Positions 28,624 to 38,008 are shown, counted from the stretch's first letter. The stretch is 64,000 nt of DNA from an uncultured Subdoligranulum sp. (GCA_964612455.1 CAZTCB010000003.1:1953-65952), one strand, 5' to 3'. Program-made: numbers and translations. The notes: generated by a model from the letters alone, not told the origin.

Positions 28624-28720
28624 AAAAAGTGTCTCCTGCGCGCCGAATAGCGGTCGCGCGGCGTTTTTTAAACGTTCCCAAACGATAGTACCGCTTGCAA
28701 AGCAATACGGTCTGTCGTTT

Positions 28721-28749
28721 ATTGTACCACAGTGTCTTTCGTTTGTTAA
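28721..28749 (-). promoter_or_regulatory. SigmaA-type promoter (extended -10) for the S-component/coaX operon
   Basis: Minus strand: TTAACA, a 17-nt spacer, then TGgTACAAT. This leaves a leader of about 90 nt. Confidence 0.5.
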
Positions 28750-28854
28750 TCGTTTAAAAAAACTATTTTTTGAAAACTTTTATCGTCACACGGCAAAGAG
28801 ATAAAACGTAAACTAATGTAGACGGTTTCGTCAATATATTTACGGAGGTAAAAA

Positions 28855-29100
28855 ATGTTTAGCAATATGTTTGGCTCACCCGATGACAATCAAGGCAACG
28901 GCTGCGGTTGCCCCAATATCTGCGGTTGCAACTGCACCTGGATATTTTTGATTATTCTGTTTTTGTGTTGCTGCTGCGGCGGAAAATCCAAAAACCTTAA
29001 TCTCAACATAAACCCGTGTTGTCTTCTCCTTGCGTTGGCTTTGTTGGTATGTTGCGGCGGTATCTCTTTCCGCCCGTGCCAGAAAACAAATTGTCAGTAA
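28855..29100 (+). CDS. Small cysteine-rich membrane protein (81 aa, ~15 Cys)
   Basis: GGAGG RBS 7 nt upstream and a strong terminator directly downstream. Sequence features are GCGCPNICGCNC, LFLCCCCGG, NPCC and LVCCGG, with two hydrophobic stretches. Confidence 0.65.
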   Translation: MFSNMFGSPDDNQGNGCGCPNICGCNCTWIFLIILFLCCCCGGKSKNLNLNINPCCLLLALALLVCCGGISFRPCQKTNCQ

Positions 29101-29111
29101 AGTACTTAAGC

Positions 29112-29143
29112 AAAAAAACGCACCCGTCCGGGTGCGTTTTTTT
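29112..29143. terminator. Bidirectional intrinsic terminator
   Basis: Stem acgcaccc/gggtgcgt flanked by A7 and T7. It is shared by the Cys-rich gene and ypeB. Confidence 0.9.
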
Positions 29144-30584
29144 ACATTACGGTATAACCGAGTTTGTCTTCTATTATCTTTAATATCTCTATTTCTTTAC
29201 CCGTGTCGGCTGAAATATATACCAAAAACCGTTCATCTCCGTTTTTGACGCGGATTTCGTAACACATTTTTTCGTCCGCGCCGTCGGGAACGATACACAA
29301 CTCGGTACGCTCTATCTCCGCACTTTTTTCAACGCACCCACGAGCCTGTTCGGCTGAAATAGCCGGCGAAACTGGCTGACGTAGACGATGATTTGCCAAA
29401 TACGCGAATGCGTCTACTCCCACGACGGTACAATCGTCGGCGTCGAGAACCATCTTTACCATATCGGTATACACGTTTAAACCGTTTTGCTTGGCAATCA
29501 TATTGACGTAAACCCTTCCCTCTATCGGTTCCGACGTCCACATAGGCATGACGTCGTATCCTAAGGCTTTGGCCGCATCTGTCGCAGCCTGACAACATGC
29601 ACATTCTAAATCGTCACCCGTGTCGCTTGATTTGTCGTCTTTACTATAAACTGCCGCGGAAGAAACCAAAGCCGAGTCGATTTTTTCGCCGTCTTTGACA
29701 AGCTCGATAACGGTACCGTCCGTAGCCGTGACGACGGAATACTCGTTTTCGTTTAAAACCGCGTCGAAACGATATGCATGTGCTTTTTCGTCGTTGTTTA
29801 TTTCCGCTTTAAACTCGACGGAAGAAACTTTACCGAGTCCCGACAATGCCGTCTTTAACGCCTTCGTCGCGTCGTCTTTCAACAAAACCTCTCGGTTAAC
29901 CGTCTTTTTTGCAATACTGTCGCTAAAAGGTCCGTCGTAAACGAGTTGTGGATAATCAAACGTAGTTTCGTCTATATCCTCCAACTTTATCTCCATAGTA
30001 CCGTTTTCGTCAAAAGCCTGCTCCGATACGTCACCGTCGCCAAGTACTACCCCGTCTACGGCTGTTTTTAATTTTTTGCCTACTTTCCTCAAGTTTTTCA
30101 GGCTGTCTTTTTGCTCGTCGGTAAGTTTTCCGTTGTCTGCAACGTAATGCGCGAGCGAGCTGCAATAGTCTCCCAGTTGATTAAAATACTTTGCGGCGTT
30201 TCCCGATATTTCCTGCGAAACGGGCAATACAGACACGTCGGTTACGGCGGCTGACGCTATTCCGTCCGTTTCGGTCAGGATTTTGCCGATAAAAGCACTG
30301 TCGTTTGACACAAGCAGTTTGCCCAAGTTGGCATCGGCGTTGTTCAACCCGTCCGAAAGCCTGAACAAACTCTCTCTATAAAAGTTTAACGCTTGTCTCT
30401 TGTAGTAGTCTTCGCCTTTGATTTCGGTTTTGCTCACCTTTTCAAACCTGAACGAAAACAATACGCACGTCGCGACGGATAGCAACGCCACTATACCGAA
30501 AAACCATGTCCACACGGTAATACTTTTGCAACATGAGTTGCCGTCGGTTTTATTTTTGTTTTTGTCTGAATTTATATATCTCAT
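29142..30584 (-). CDS. ypeB: Germination protein YpeB
   Basis: 480 aa with an N-terminal TM helix and C-terminal PepSY-like repeats, immediately downstream of sleB as in Bacillus and Clostridia. Confidence 0.8.
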   Translation of the reverse strand: MRYINSDKNKNKTDGNSCCKSITVWTWFFGIVALLSVATCVLFSFRFEKVSKTEIKGEDYYKRQALNFYRESLFRLSDGLNNADANLGKLLVSNDSAFIGKILTETDGIASAAVTDVSVLPVSQEISGNAAKYFNQLGDYCSSLAHYVADNGKLTDEQKDSLKNLRKVGKKLKTAVDGVVLGDGDVSEQAFDENGTMEIKLEDIDETTFDYPQLVYDGPFSDSIAKKTVNREVLLKDDATKALKTALSGLGKVSSVEFKAEINNDEKAHAYRFDAVLNENEYSVVTATDGTVIELVKDGEKIDSALVSSAAVYSKDDKSSDTGDDLECACCQAATDAAKALGYDVMPMWTSEPIEGRVYVNMIAKQNGLNVYTDMVKMVLDADDCTVVGVDAFAYLANHRLRQPVSPAISAEQARGCVEKSAEIERTELCIVPDGADEKMCYEIRVKNGDERFLVYISADTGKEIEILKIIEDKLGYTVM

Positions 30585-30606
30585 CTATTATTTCCTCCCG
30601 TGGACT

Positions 30607-31296
30607 CTAAGTGCAAAAAACATGGTTTCCTATCGTGACGACTATCGGTCGAGACCTTATCCATGCGTTTGTGGCGGTATTGGGATTGTAATAATAAATA
30701 GAGCCGTAGGTGGGATCCCATCCGTTTAGCGCGTCCTGTGCGGCACGCGTGCATTCGTCGTTTGTCCCGAGATTTATTTGTCCGTCCGAAACGCAGGTAA
30801 ACGCACCGTTTTGATAAATAACGCCGCTTATCGTGTTGGGAAAACTACTCGATTTGACTCTGTTTAAAATCACGGCGGCGATTGCCACCTTGCCGGTATA
30901 ACTTTCTCCTCTTGCTTCGCCGTAAATGCAACAAGACAATAAATAGAGATTGCTGCTACTGGTACCCGAACCGGACGTGGCGGCGGTCGTAGTCCCCGAC
31001 AACGTTATCCCTATGGCGGCGGCGGTTTTTGCACCCACCACGCCGTCTGCCGTCAAACCGTTTTTCCTTTGAAAATACTTGACTGCGGCTACCGTCTGAC
31101 TGCCGTAAATACCGTCGACGGAACCCGTATAATATCCCCAGTTTTTTAGTCTTTGCTGAACCGTCCTGACAAGCGAGCCGGTGCTGCCTTGCTTTAATAC
31201 CGCCGCCCGTGCAGTCGGCGCAAAGCCGAGCGAAATCGTCAGCAACGCGGCAATAAGCAATATCGAAATCAGCGCAATGCCTTTTTTAGCGTTCAT
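30607..31296 (-). CDS. sleB: Spore cortex-lytic enzyme SleB
   Basis: Signal peptide, a PG-binding repeat (LKQGSTGSLVRTVQQRLKNWGYYTGSVDGIYGSQT) and a C-terminal SleB hydrolase domain (GEARGESYTGKVAIAAVILNRV...). Confidence 0.9.
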   Translation of the reverse strand: MNAKKGIALISILLIAALLTISLGFAPTARAAVLKQGSTGSLVRTVQQRLKNWGYYTGSVDGIYGSQTVAAVKYFQRKNGLTADGVVGAKTAAAIGITLSGTTTAATSGSGTSSSNLYLLSCCIYGEARGESYTGKVAIAAVILNRVKSSSFPNTISGVIYQNGAFTCVSDGQINLGTNDECTRAAQDALNGWDPTYGSIYYYNPNTATNAWIRSRPIVVTIGNHVFCT

Positions 31297-31371
31297 TTTT
31301 CCTCCTCAATCGTTTTTATTTTAGCTTGTTTAATCGGGGGAAAAATATTCTTTTTAACGAGATTACTTAAA

Positions 31372-31923
31372 CTACTCGCCCTTTTTATCAAAGAAAGCGT
31401 CTATTATTTCTTTAAGTTTAGAAACGAAAACGATTTTTTTGCCGTCGGTAACTTCGCCGACGAAACATAAAGGAGGATAAACCACGCACCACCAATTGTC
31501 CCCGTCTGCCGCTCCCAAGTCGATAATCAGCGCCGTGTATTCGCCTGCCGGCAGCGTCAACTCGTCATATCGACGAGTGGGAAACTCCTCCGTTCTTATC
31601 GTTGCGGACGCGCCGTAATCAAAGCCGTTGACGTCGAGTACCGTCTCAGCCACTTGCGTCAGGTCGATTAGATGCGTTTCGGAAACTTTTATTGCGGCTT
31701 GTTTGTCGGTAACTCCGACCAGCAACGGCACGAGATAATCCACGACGGCAGACTTTACTTTGTATTTGACGGCTTGGTCAGCGTCGGAATTGCTGTTGGC
31801 GCGAATATGTATTCTCAAAACCTGCTCCGAAAGCTCATCGTCGGAATCTTTTTCGTCAAAAGCCCCGATGATTAAAGATAAACAAATTATAAAAAGCAAA
31901 ACAAACAAAAATATTTTTTTCAT
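31372..31923 (-). CDS. spoIIR: Stage II sporulation protein R
   Basis: Signal/TM segment, then VLRIHIRANSNSDADQAVKYKV and WWCVVYPPLCF, which are SpoIIR hallmarks. The start is set at the ATG (MKKIFLF), which has an AGAGG RBS. Confidence 0.88.
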   Translation of the reverse strand: MKKIFLFVLLFIICLSLIIGAFDEKDSDDELSEQVLRIHIRANSNSDADQAVKYKVKSAVVDYLVPLLVGVTDKQAAIKVSETHLIDLTQVAETVLDVNGFDYGASATIRTEEFPTRRYDELTLPAGEYTALIIDLGAADGDNWWCVVYPPLCFVGEVTDGKKIVFVSKLKEIIDAFFDKKGE

Positions 31924-31997
31924 AAAAAACCTCTGCAAAAAGTTTTGACGCTTTGCAGAGGTATATAAAAACGATTTTTGTCGATTTTTGCGCTTTT

Positions 31998-32888
31998 TTA
32001 ATCTTTAATATCGGATTTTACCGTTTCGACGCCGACTCCCGTACTGTGACAGGCGAAAGCGAAAATGCCTTGGTTTGCCAATAAACGGCAGATTTCATCG
32101 GATTCTTCGTCGCTCTCGGTGAGCCAAAACACCCCACCGCCGCTCCCGGACAACGTCGGTGCGACTCCGGTTACTTTTTGACACGCGTCGATAAAAGCTT
32201 TTTGCTTGGGATACGCCGCGATACACGGCAAAACAAGGTCGTTTTTTACGGCGGATACAATCTTTTTTAACGAGCCGTCCGCTATCGCCGCTTTTACCGA
32301 AGGCACGCAGTCGTCCCCCGAGACTCCGACGGCGTCGAAGGCGGCAAAAACGGTCGACGTAGAACATTTTTCACCAACGGCAAGAACAAAATGAAAATCG
32401 GTGCGGCATCGCATTTTTTTTACCACGTCGCCCCTGCCGCATATCTCGGTGCAACCGCCCACAAGCATTGCCGCAACGTCGCTACCCGCTCTCGATGCGA
32501 CGGAAAGCGTTTTTTCTCCGTCGCTTGCGACGCCGAAAATCTCGGATAACGCAAACAACACGCCCGCCGCGTCCGCCGACGAACCGCCAAACCCCGCGGC
32601 AACGGGGATGTTTTTGGTTACACTAATATCCACGATTTTTCCGCCGATACCAAACTCCGCCAAAAAATCAACGGCAGCACGGTACGCGGTATTTTTTTTC
32701 TCGTCGACGAAATCGCAACCTTTTACCGTAACCGTGTTTTTTTCGTCGGCAGAAACTCGCACGGCTACGTTTACCAAGTCAAACAAATCGACACTCATCA
32801 TGACGGAGTGCAAATCATGATATCCGTCATCGCGTGCGGCGCCGACCGAAAGACCGAGATTTACTTTTGCATACGCCTTAACTAACAT
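31998..32888 (-). CDS. ispE: 4-diphosphocytidyl-2-C-methyl-D-erythritol kinase
   Basis: The start is trimmed to MLVKAYAKVNLGLSV. GHMP kinase motif PVAAGFGGSSADAAG is present. Confidence 0.9.
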   Translation of the reverse strand: MLVKAYAKVNLGLSVGAARDDGYHDLHSVMMSVDLFDLVNVAVRVSADEKNTVTVKGCDFVDEKKNTAYRAAVDFLAEFGIGGKIVDISVTKNIPVAAGFGGSSADAAGVLFALSEIFGVASDGEKTLSVASRAGSDVAAMLVGGCTEICGRGDVVKKMRCRTDFHFVLAVGEKCSTSTVFAAFDAVGVSGDDCVPSVKAAIADGSLKKIVSAVKNDLVLPCIAAYPKQKAFIDACQKVTGVAPTLSGSGGGVFWLTESDEESDEICRLLANQGIFAFACHSTGVGVETVKSDIKD

Positions 32889-33003
32889 TTTTTTATTATA
32901 CCATGTTTTTAAAGCAAACGTATAAAAATATCTCGTTATTTTCGTTTTTTTATTGCAATCGCACAAAAATTCTGAAAAACGGCAAAAAAATACGTCATGA
33001 CCG

Positions 33004-33032
33004 TTGCAATCCGCCGAAAGCAATGGTATACT
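33004..33032 (+). promoter_or_regulatory. SigmaA-type promoter (extended -10)
   Basis: TTGCAA, a 17-nt spacer, then TGgTATACT, about 110 nt upstream of the lipoprotein gene. Confidence 0.6.
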
Positions 33033-33145
33033 AAATGCGGGAGAGTGAACACGAAAGAAATAAAATCGTAAGACGCCTGAGTAACGCAAACGATTTTGTT
33101 TAAATTAAAAACGAAAATTATCAACGTAAATTTACGGAGGCATTT

Positions 33146-35023
33146 ATGAAAAAATTTAAATTTCTATTCGTTTTGGTGCTCCTTTGCTCGTTTTTCGTAA
33201 CGAGCGGTTGCAGTCCGCAAGAACCGCCCTTTAAACCTTGGGACGACCTCGGCGGCGGTCAATCGGCTACCGACGTAACAGACTACTCCGACGACGTCGC
33301 ACGGGATTATCTCATCGACGACGTTGTCGACGACAAATCTTCTTCAACGGGAGATTACGACGCATCAAACAGCCATGAGATAAACCTCTCGACGATAGCG
33401 ACGACGGACTTGTCTGCCGTCACGGACTATTCTTTTAAAAACAACGAATTAAAAATCAAAGCGAACGGAGTTTACATCCTTAGCGGAGATTTTTCGGGGT
33501 GCGTGACGGTATCGGACACGACGGGGACGGTTCAACTCGTATTAAACGGAGTAAACATAGCGACCACAAACTCTCAGAGTTGCGCCGCCATCGTATTTAA
33601 AAAGCCGGACGGCGATACCGTCTCGACCAGAATTTTAACGATAAAAGACGGCACGACCAACACTCTTTCGGACAGCACGGGTGACGACGTAACAGACGGG
33701 GACGGCGCGGTGATTCAAGCGAAAAAACGTTCGCTTACGATAAACGGCACGGGGACTCTTTATCTCGATTGCGTCGGCGAAGAAACGACGGGGCTGAAAG
33801 TAAAAACCGCTCTCACCATAAACGGACCTACGATAGAGGTAAACGGCGCGACCAAATCGGGGATAAAAGCCGACCGTCTCCTTATCGTTAAAAACGCGAC
33901 AATCAAAATAAGTGCCGACGGCGACGGAATAAAAACCGATATGGAGCCCGACGACGAAACTCAGGCAAAAGAATACGCCTCGGATCTCGGATACGGTTAC
34001 GTTTATATCGAAAATTCCGACCTGGATATCACGGTCGGCGACGACGGAATATCGGCAAACAACTGCGTTTACGTTGCCAATACGGATGAAAACACGATAA
34101 AAATCACCACCAACGGAGGCGCTCCGTCAAGAGTGACCGAAACGACGTCCGACAACGCCGACGGAAAAGCCATAAAAACCGACGGAATCGAATTTAACGA
34201 CGTGGATTATCCCGCCACTCACTCGACAAATTACGGATTGGTCATAATCGGCGGAAGGTTTGAAATAAACTCCAACGACGACGCCGTTCACTCGAAAGGA
34301 AACGTATTGATATGCAACGGTGATTTGGACATATACACCGGGGACGACGGTATACATGCCGAGTATCTCGCCAAAATAACAGACGGAAACGTAAAAATCA
34401 ACCGTTGTTACGAAGGAGTAGAAGGCGCCGTCGTAGAAATACTCGGCGGTCGGCTCGACGTCACGTCTACCGACGACGGGATAAACGCGGCTAATTCCGA
34501 CCTGAAAAATTTTGCTTTTTATATCCTCATATCCGGCGGCGACATATCGATTGACGCAGACGGCGACGGCGTGGACAGCAACGGAACGATAAAGATAATC
34601 GGCGGCAATCTCGTCGTTTTCGGTCCGACGGACGGAGGAAACGCCGCACTTGACGCAGACACAGGAATAATCATCGACGGAGGAAACGTTTGCGCGGTAG
34701 GCTCGGTGGGGATGGTCGAAAACCCCTCGACAAACTCTTCTCAATGCTACGTTAATCTTACGTTGACTGCCACTGCGGCGGCAAATACCGTTATTACCGT
34801 AAGTGACTCGAGCGGCAATGTTTTGTTGTCGGTAACGCCGACCAAAAAGTACCAATCGATAATATTAAGTCTCGACGGTTTCGTAAAGGGCGAAACGTAC
34901 ACCGTAAAAGTCGGCGACGAAGAATACTCGGCGACACTGTCCGAAACAGGCACTGCAATAGGAAGGGATATGCACGGAAACGGCAATCAAGGGTTAATCA
35001 AACCGGGCGGCGACAGAAAATAA
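33146..35023 (+). CDS. Lipoprotein of the Cthe_2159-like carbohydrate-binding beta-helix family
   Basis: Lipobox VTSGC. There are many repeats of the form DDGI(N/S/H)A or GDG(I/V)(K/D) spaced ~25-40 aa apart, typical of this family. Confidence 0.65.
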   Translation: MKKFKFLFVLVLLCSFFVTSGCSPQEPPFKPWDDLGGGQSATDVTDYSDDVARDYLIDDVVDDKSSSTGDYDASNSHEINLSTIATTDLSAVTDYSFKNNELKIKANGVYILSGDFSGCVTVSDTTGTVQLVLNGVNIATTNSQSCAAIVFKKPDGDTVSTRILTIKDGTTNTLSDSTGDDVTDGDGAVIQAKKRSLTINGTGTLYLDCVGEETTGLKVKTALTINGPTIEVNGATKSGIKADRLLIVKNATIKISADGDGIKTDMEPDDETQAKEYASDLGYGYVYIENSDLDITVGDDGISANNCVYVANTDENTIKITTNGGAPSRVTETTSDNADGKAIKTDGIEFNDVDYPATHSTNYGLVIIGGRFEINSNDDAVHSKGNVLICNGDLDIYTGDDGIHAEYLAKITDGNVKINRCYEGVEGAVVEILGGRLDVTSTDDGINAANSDLKNFAFYILISGGDISIDADGDGVDSNGTIKIIGGNLVVFGPTDGGNAALDADTGIIIDGGNVCAVGSVGMVENPSTNSSQCYVNLTLTATAAANTVITVSDSSGNVLLSVTPTKKYQSIILSLDGFVKGETYTVKVGDEEYSATLSETGTAIGRDMHGNGNQGLIKPGGDRK

Positions 35024-35102
35024 CTATTTGCAAAACGCTCGTCGGGATTTTTTAATCGCTTGACGACGAGACAAAATCCGCGACGAAAAAAATAACTAAA
35101 AA

Positions 35103-35140
35103 AAACTACGGAAACGGTTTTTATCCGCCCGTAGTTTTTC
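35103..35140. terminator. Bidirectional terminator between convergent genes
   Basis: Stem aactacgg/ccgtagtt with a flanking A-run and T-run. Confidence 0.75.
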
Positions 35141-35171
35141 TTTTTAATACGTTATTAAAAGGCAACAACGC

Positions 35172-36665
35172 TCAAGACTTAACTGAATGATAAATCAACA
35201 GTTTTTGGTCCTTATCCAAAGGATCCGTCAACTCAGGATTGAGGCTGACTACGTCTTCCACGCTCATTTTTAAGTTTTTGGCAACGTCCCACAGGCTGTC
35301 GCCTTTAAACGCAAGACTGACTTCTATCGCCCCGACTTCGGTGTTTTCGACGTCCCCCGTCTCTACCGAAGAAACGAAAGATACGGAGTAAACCCCCAAC
35401 AAACCCACCGAAAACTCGATGTCTGCTTTCAGCGTCGCTTCGCCGCCCTCGACGGAAACCTCGGCGTTTCGTATCACCGCGTCGATAAACACGGTATCGC
35501 CGACTTTTGCGTCAGCACACGCCAAAACGGTTTTAAACGGCACGTCTACTCGTTCGCTCTTTATCTTATCGTCGACGGAATAAACGACGTTTCCCGATAT
35601 TACTCCGCCGATATCTATCCCGCCGTCGACGGCAAAAGAGTTTACTATCGAAACTCCGCCGCCAAAAAAGCCTCCCGAAACAGCATCTGCGGGGATTGAG
35701 GTTATCGTTTTTTCCTCAACGGTTTGCTCGACGACGCAAACCCGCTTTATCGACGTACCGTCGGCGACGGCAGTGGAAACGACCGTTTCGTTTGTCGGAC
35801 TGAAACAATCGCAGACGATTTCTTTTTCTTCCTCGCTGACGACGATACCGCGTAAAGCCACGAGTGACTCGGCTGCAAATGCGGTTTCGTTTGCGCCTTC
35901 TTCTACCTCGAGATGGATTTTAGTCGTACGCACCGACGCAAACACCAACGGCACACCGTCCGTCTCGGTTTCTATTTCTTGCGAAAAGTCGTAAGTAAAA
36001 TACGAGTTTTTAGGCAGTACGGTATCGGCAGTAACGTACGAAACGTTTAAAACGCATACACCCGTCACCGTCAAAATCTTATCCTTTATCTCTGCCGACT
36101 CTACTACGGCGAAACTTTGCGACGAAAGAACGCGCGCGACGTCAGCCTTTATTTCTAGTTCTGCATTTACCGAAAAAACCTCGTCGATAGCCGCCGAAAC
36201 GGTACCTACTCGTATTTCGCCTTTTTTACACACCAAGCCTTCTCCGTCCGCCAGCGGATATTGCGTCCTGCTGCCGACGAAAAACTCCGTCACGACCACG
36301 GCGTCGACAGACACCTCGGCGCCGTCCGCTTCCGTCGAAAAATCCAAAATATCGCATCTCGGCAAAACTATAACGTTTTCGTTTATCGCCGCGCTAAAAA
36401 ACTCATCGGAAAAATCGGCGGTATAATTCATTCCGCCCACACTGCCGTTTTGCTCGAAAACCAACGATTTTGCGGCAAGTTTGCCTGAGTACGACACCTT
36501 TCCGTCCGCCGCCTCTACCGTGTTTATTATCGGCGAAAGTTCTTGGACTAAAACGCTTTCGACGTTGTCTTCTTTGCAAAAAGTCTTAAATTTTATCGCC
36601 GTTTGCTTTTGCCCCAACAACGTCAATTTGTCGGTGACAAGATCTGATTGATTTAACTCTGACAT
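35172..36665 (-). CDS. SipL/SpoVID-like spore coat morphogenetic protein (DUF3794-type repeats plus C-terminal LysM)
   Basis: 497 aa. The C-terminus KGDSLWDVAKNLKMSVEDVVSLNPEL...LLIYH is a LysM domain. The N-terminal ~400 aa is beta-rich and repetitive like DUF3794/SPOCS proteins. Confidence 0.6.
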   Translation of the reverse strand: MSELNQSDLVTDKLTLLGQKQTAIKFKTFCKEDNVESVLVQELSPIINTVEAADGKVSYSGKLAAKSLVFEQNGSVGGMNYTADFSDEFFSAAINENVIVLPRCDILDFSTEADGAEVSVDAVVVTEFFVGSRTQYPLADGEGLVCKKGEIRVGTVSAAIDEVFSVNAELEIKADVARVLSSQSFAVVESAEIKDKILTVTGVCVLNVSYVTADTVLPKNSYFTYDFSQEIETETDGVPLVFASVRTTKIHLEVEEGANETAFAAESLVALRGIVVSEEEKEIVCDCFSPTNETVVSTAVADGTSIKRVCVVEQTVEEKTITSIPADAVSGGFFGGGVSIVNSFAVDGGIDIGGVISGNVVYSVDDKIKSERVDVPFKTVLACADAKVGDTVFIDAVIRNAEVSVEGGEATLKADIEFSVGLLGVYSVSFVSSVETGDVENTEVGAIEVSLAFKGDSLWDVAKNLKMSVEDVVSLNPELTDPLDKDQKLLIYHSVKS

Positions 36666-36717
36666 ACGATATCCTCCCGATACACTACATTGTATTTATC
36701 AAGGAGGTGACTTAGAC

Positions 36718-36963
36718 CTATTTACCGTTTTTTGGCAAAAAAGCCACGTCGCCGCATAATAAATCGGTATAACTGCAACTCACGCGGTCAAAAATCTCGT
36801 TGTAAACCGTTATAACAAACACGTTGTTGTACGACTCGCTGATAATGCCGTCAAAATACACTATTTTGTTGCGACCTTTATTGTACCTGACTTTTAGTTC
36901 TTTACCGATAAGACTTTTTACTTTTCTTTTGGCAAAATCGACGTCCATTGTTTTTCTACGCAT
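36718..36963 (-). CDS. veg: Veg protein
   Basis: Core LIGKELKVRYNKGRNKIVYFDGIISESYNNVFVITV...RVSCSYTDLL aligns with B. subtilis Veg. GGAGG RBS 5 nt before the ATG (MRRKT). Confidence 0.85.
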   Translation of the reverse strand: MRRKTMDVDFAKRKVKSLIGKELKVRYNKGRNKIVYFDGIISESYNNVFVITVYNEIFDRVSCSYTDLLCGDVAFLPKNGK

Positions 36964-37046
36964 TCCAACCTCCGCGACGGGTGCATTTATCGGCAATATT
37001 ATTGACCAAAACGAAAGAAACAAAACCTCGCCAAAATATCTTTGCG

Positions 37047-37098
37047 CAACAAAAATCCCGAAAAAGCAATGTCTGACGAAAAAGCTTTTTCGGGATTT
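37047..37098 (-). terminator. Intrinsic terminator after spo0A
   Basis: 15-bp stem aaatcccgaaaaagc/gctttttcgggattt, followed by a T-run on the minus strand. Confidence 0.8.
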
Positions 37099-37228
37099 AC
37101 CGCACCCCCTTATTAATAAACAGAGCGGTAAAACATCCGCCGTTTTCCCCTTATACGACGAAGGTTTTTAACAATTTTAATCGCAATGATTGCCACACGA
37201 ATTTGTCGCAAAAATAAAAACAATGTTT

Positions 37229-38008
37229 TTACGCGCCTTCGAGCAGCATTTTGTCCGCAAGCAACGCTATAAACTCGCCGTTTGTCGGTTTATCGTTGGC
37301 AGTATACACTTTTACTCCGAAAAGATTGTTGATATTATCGATTTTTCCGCGACTCCATGCTACTTCTATCGCATGGCGAATAGCTCTCTCGACCTTACTT
37401 GCCGTAGTGGCGTATTTTTTGGCAATGGTCGGATACAATCCGCGCGTTATCGTGTTGATAATCGCAGGATCTTCTACCACGCACTTGATACCGTCCCTTA
37501 AAAATTGATACCCCTTGATATGAGGAGGAATACCTATACTTACAAAAATCGTAGCAAGACGCTCGTCTATGCTCTTGATATGCCTCGACGTTCCTGCCGA
37601 GCCACCGCCCGAGTACGCCGTCGTCGAATGGTTTTGACCGCATATATCCGCAATGCGTGTTTCTAACTGTTTGTAATTGATGGGTTTTAACAAATAGCAC
37701 GTCGCTCCCGCAGCAAGACAACGACACATAAACACTTCGCTTTTAAGGTCGCTTACAACTATAAACTTTGGTGCGTTTTCTACTCCCACAAAGTGCTCGA
37801 TGAGATCCAAGCCCGAAAAACCGGACATCAATACCTGCGTAATGACGACGTCTATGCTCGTTTTATCCCTGTCTATTTCTCTCAAAACCGTTTCACCGTC
37901 GTCGGTATCCAATACCACGGACATATTAGACTTGGTCGAAAAATAATTTTTTAAACCTTCCCGCGACGCTTTGTCGTCGCCTACTATCGCTATTTTTATC
38001 GTTGACAT
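37229..38008 (-). CDS. spo0A: Sporulation master regulator Spo0A (atypical receiver: Gln at the phospho-acceptor position)
   Basis: The C-terminal domain is near-identical in motif to Spo0A (GIPPHIKGYQFLRDGI, TTASKVERAIRHAIEVAWSRG, KPTNGEFIALLADK). N-terminal receiver fold is present. The start MSTIKIA has a GGAGG RBS. Confidence 0.92.
   Translation of the reverse strand: MSTIKIAIVGDDKASREGLKNYFSTKSNMSVVLDTDDGETVLREIDRDKTSIDVVITQVLMSGFSGLDLIEHFVGVENAPKFIVVSDLKSEVFMCRCLAAGATCYLLKPINYKQLETRIADICGQNHSTTAYSGGGSAGTSRHIKSIDERLATIFVSIGIPPHIKGYQFLRDGIKCVVEDPAIINTITRGLYPTIAKKYATTASKVERAIRHAIEVAWSRGKIDNINNLFGVKVYTANDKPTNGEFIALLADKMLLEGA

Noticed and set aside
32889-33089. N-terminal extension of the ispE ORF (TTG start)
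   Set aside because: IspE homology begins at MLVKAYAKVNLGL. The upstream part is AT-rich promoter DNA.
34127-34855. 242-aa minus-strand ORF antisense to the Cthe_2159-like lipoprotein gene
   Set aside because: Arg/Val-rich shadow frame of a repeat-rich gene with no RBS.
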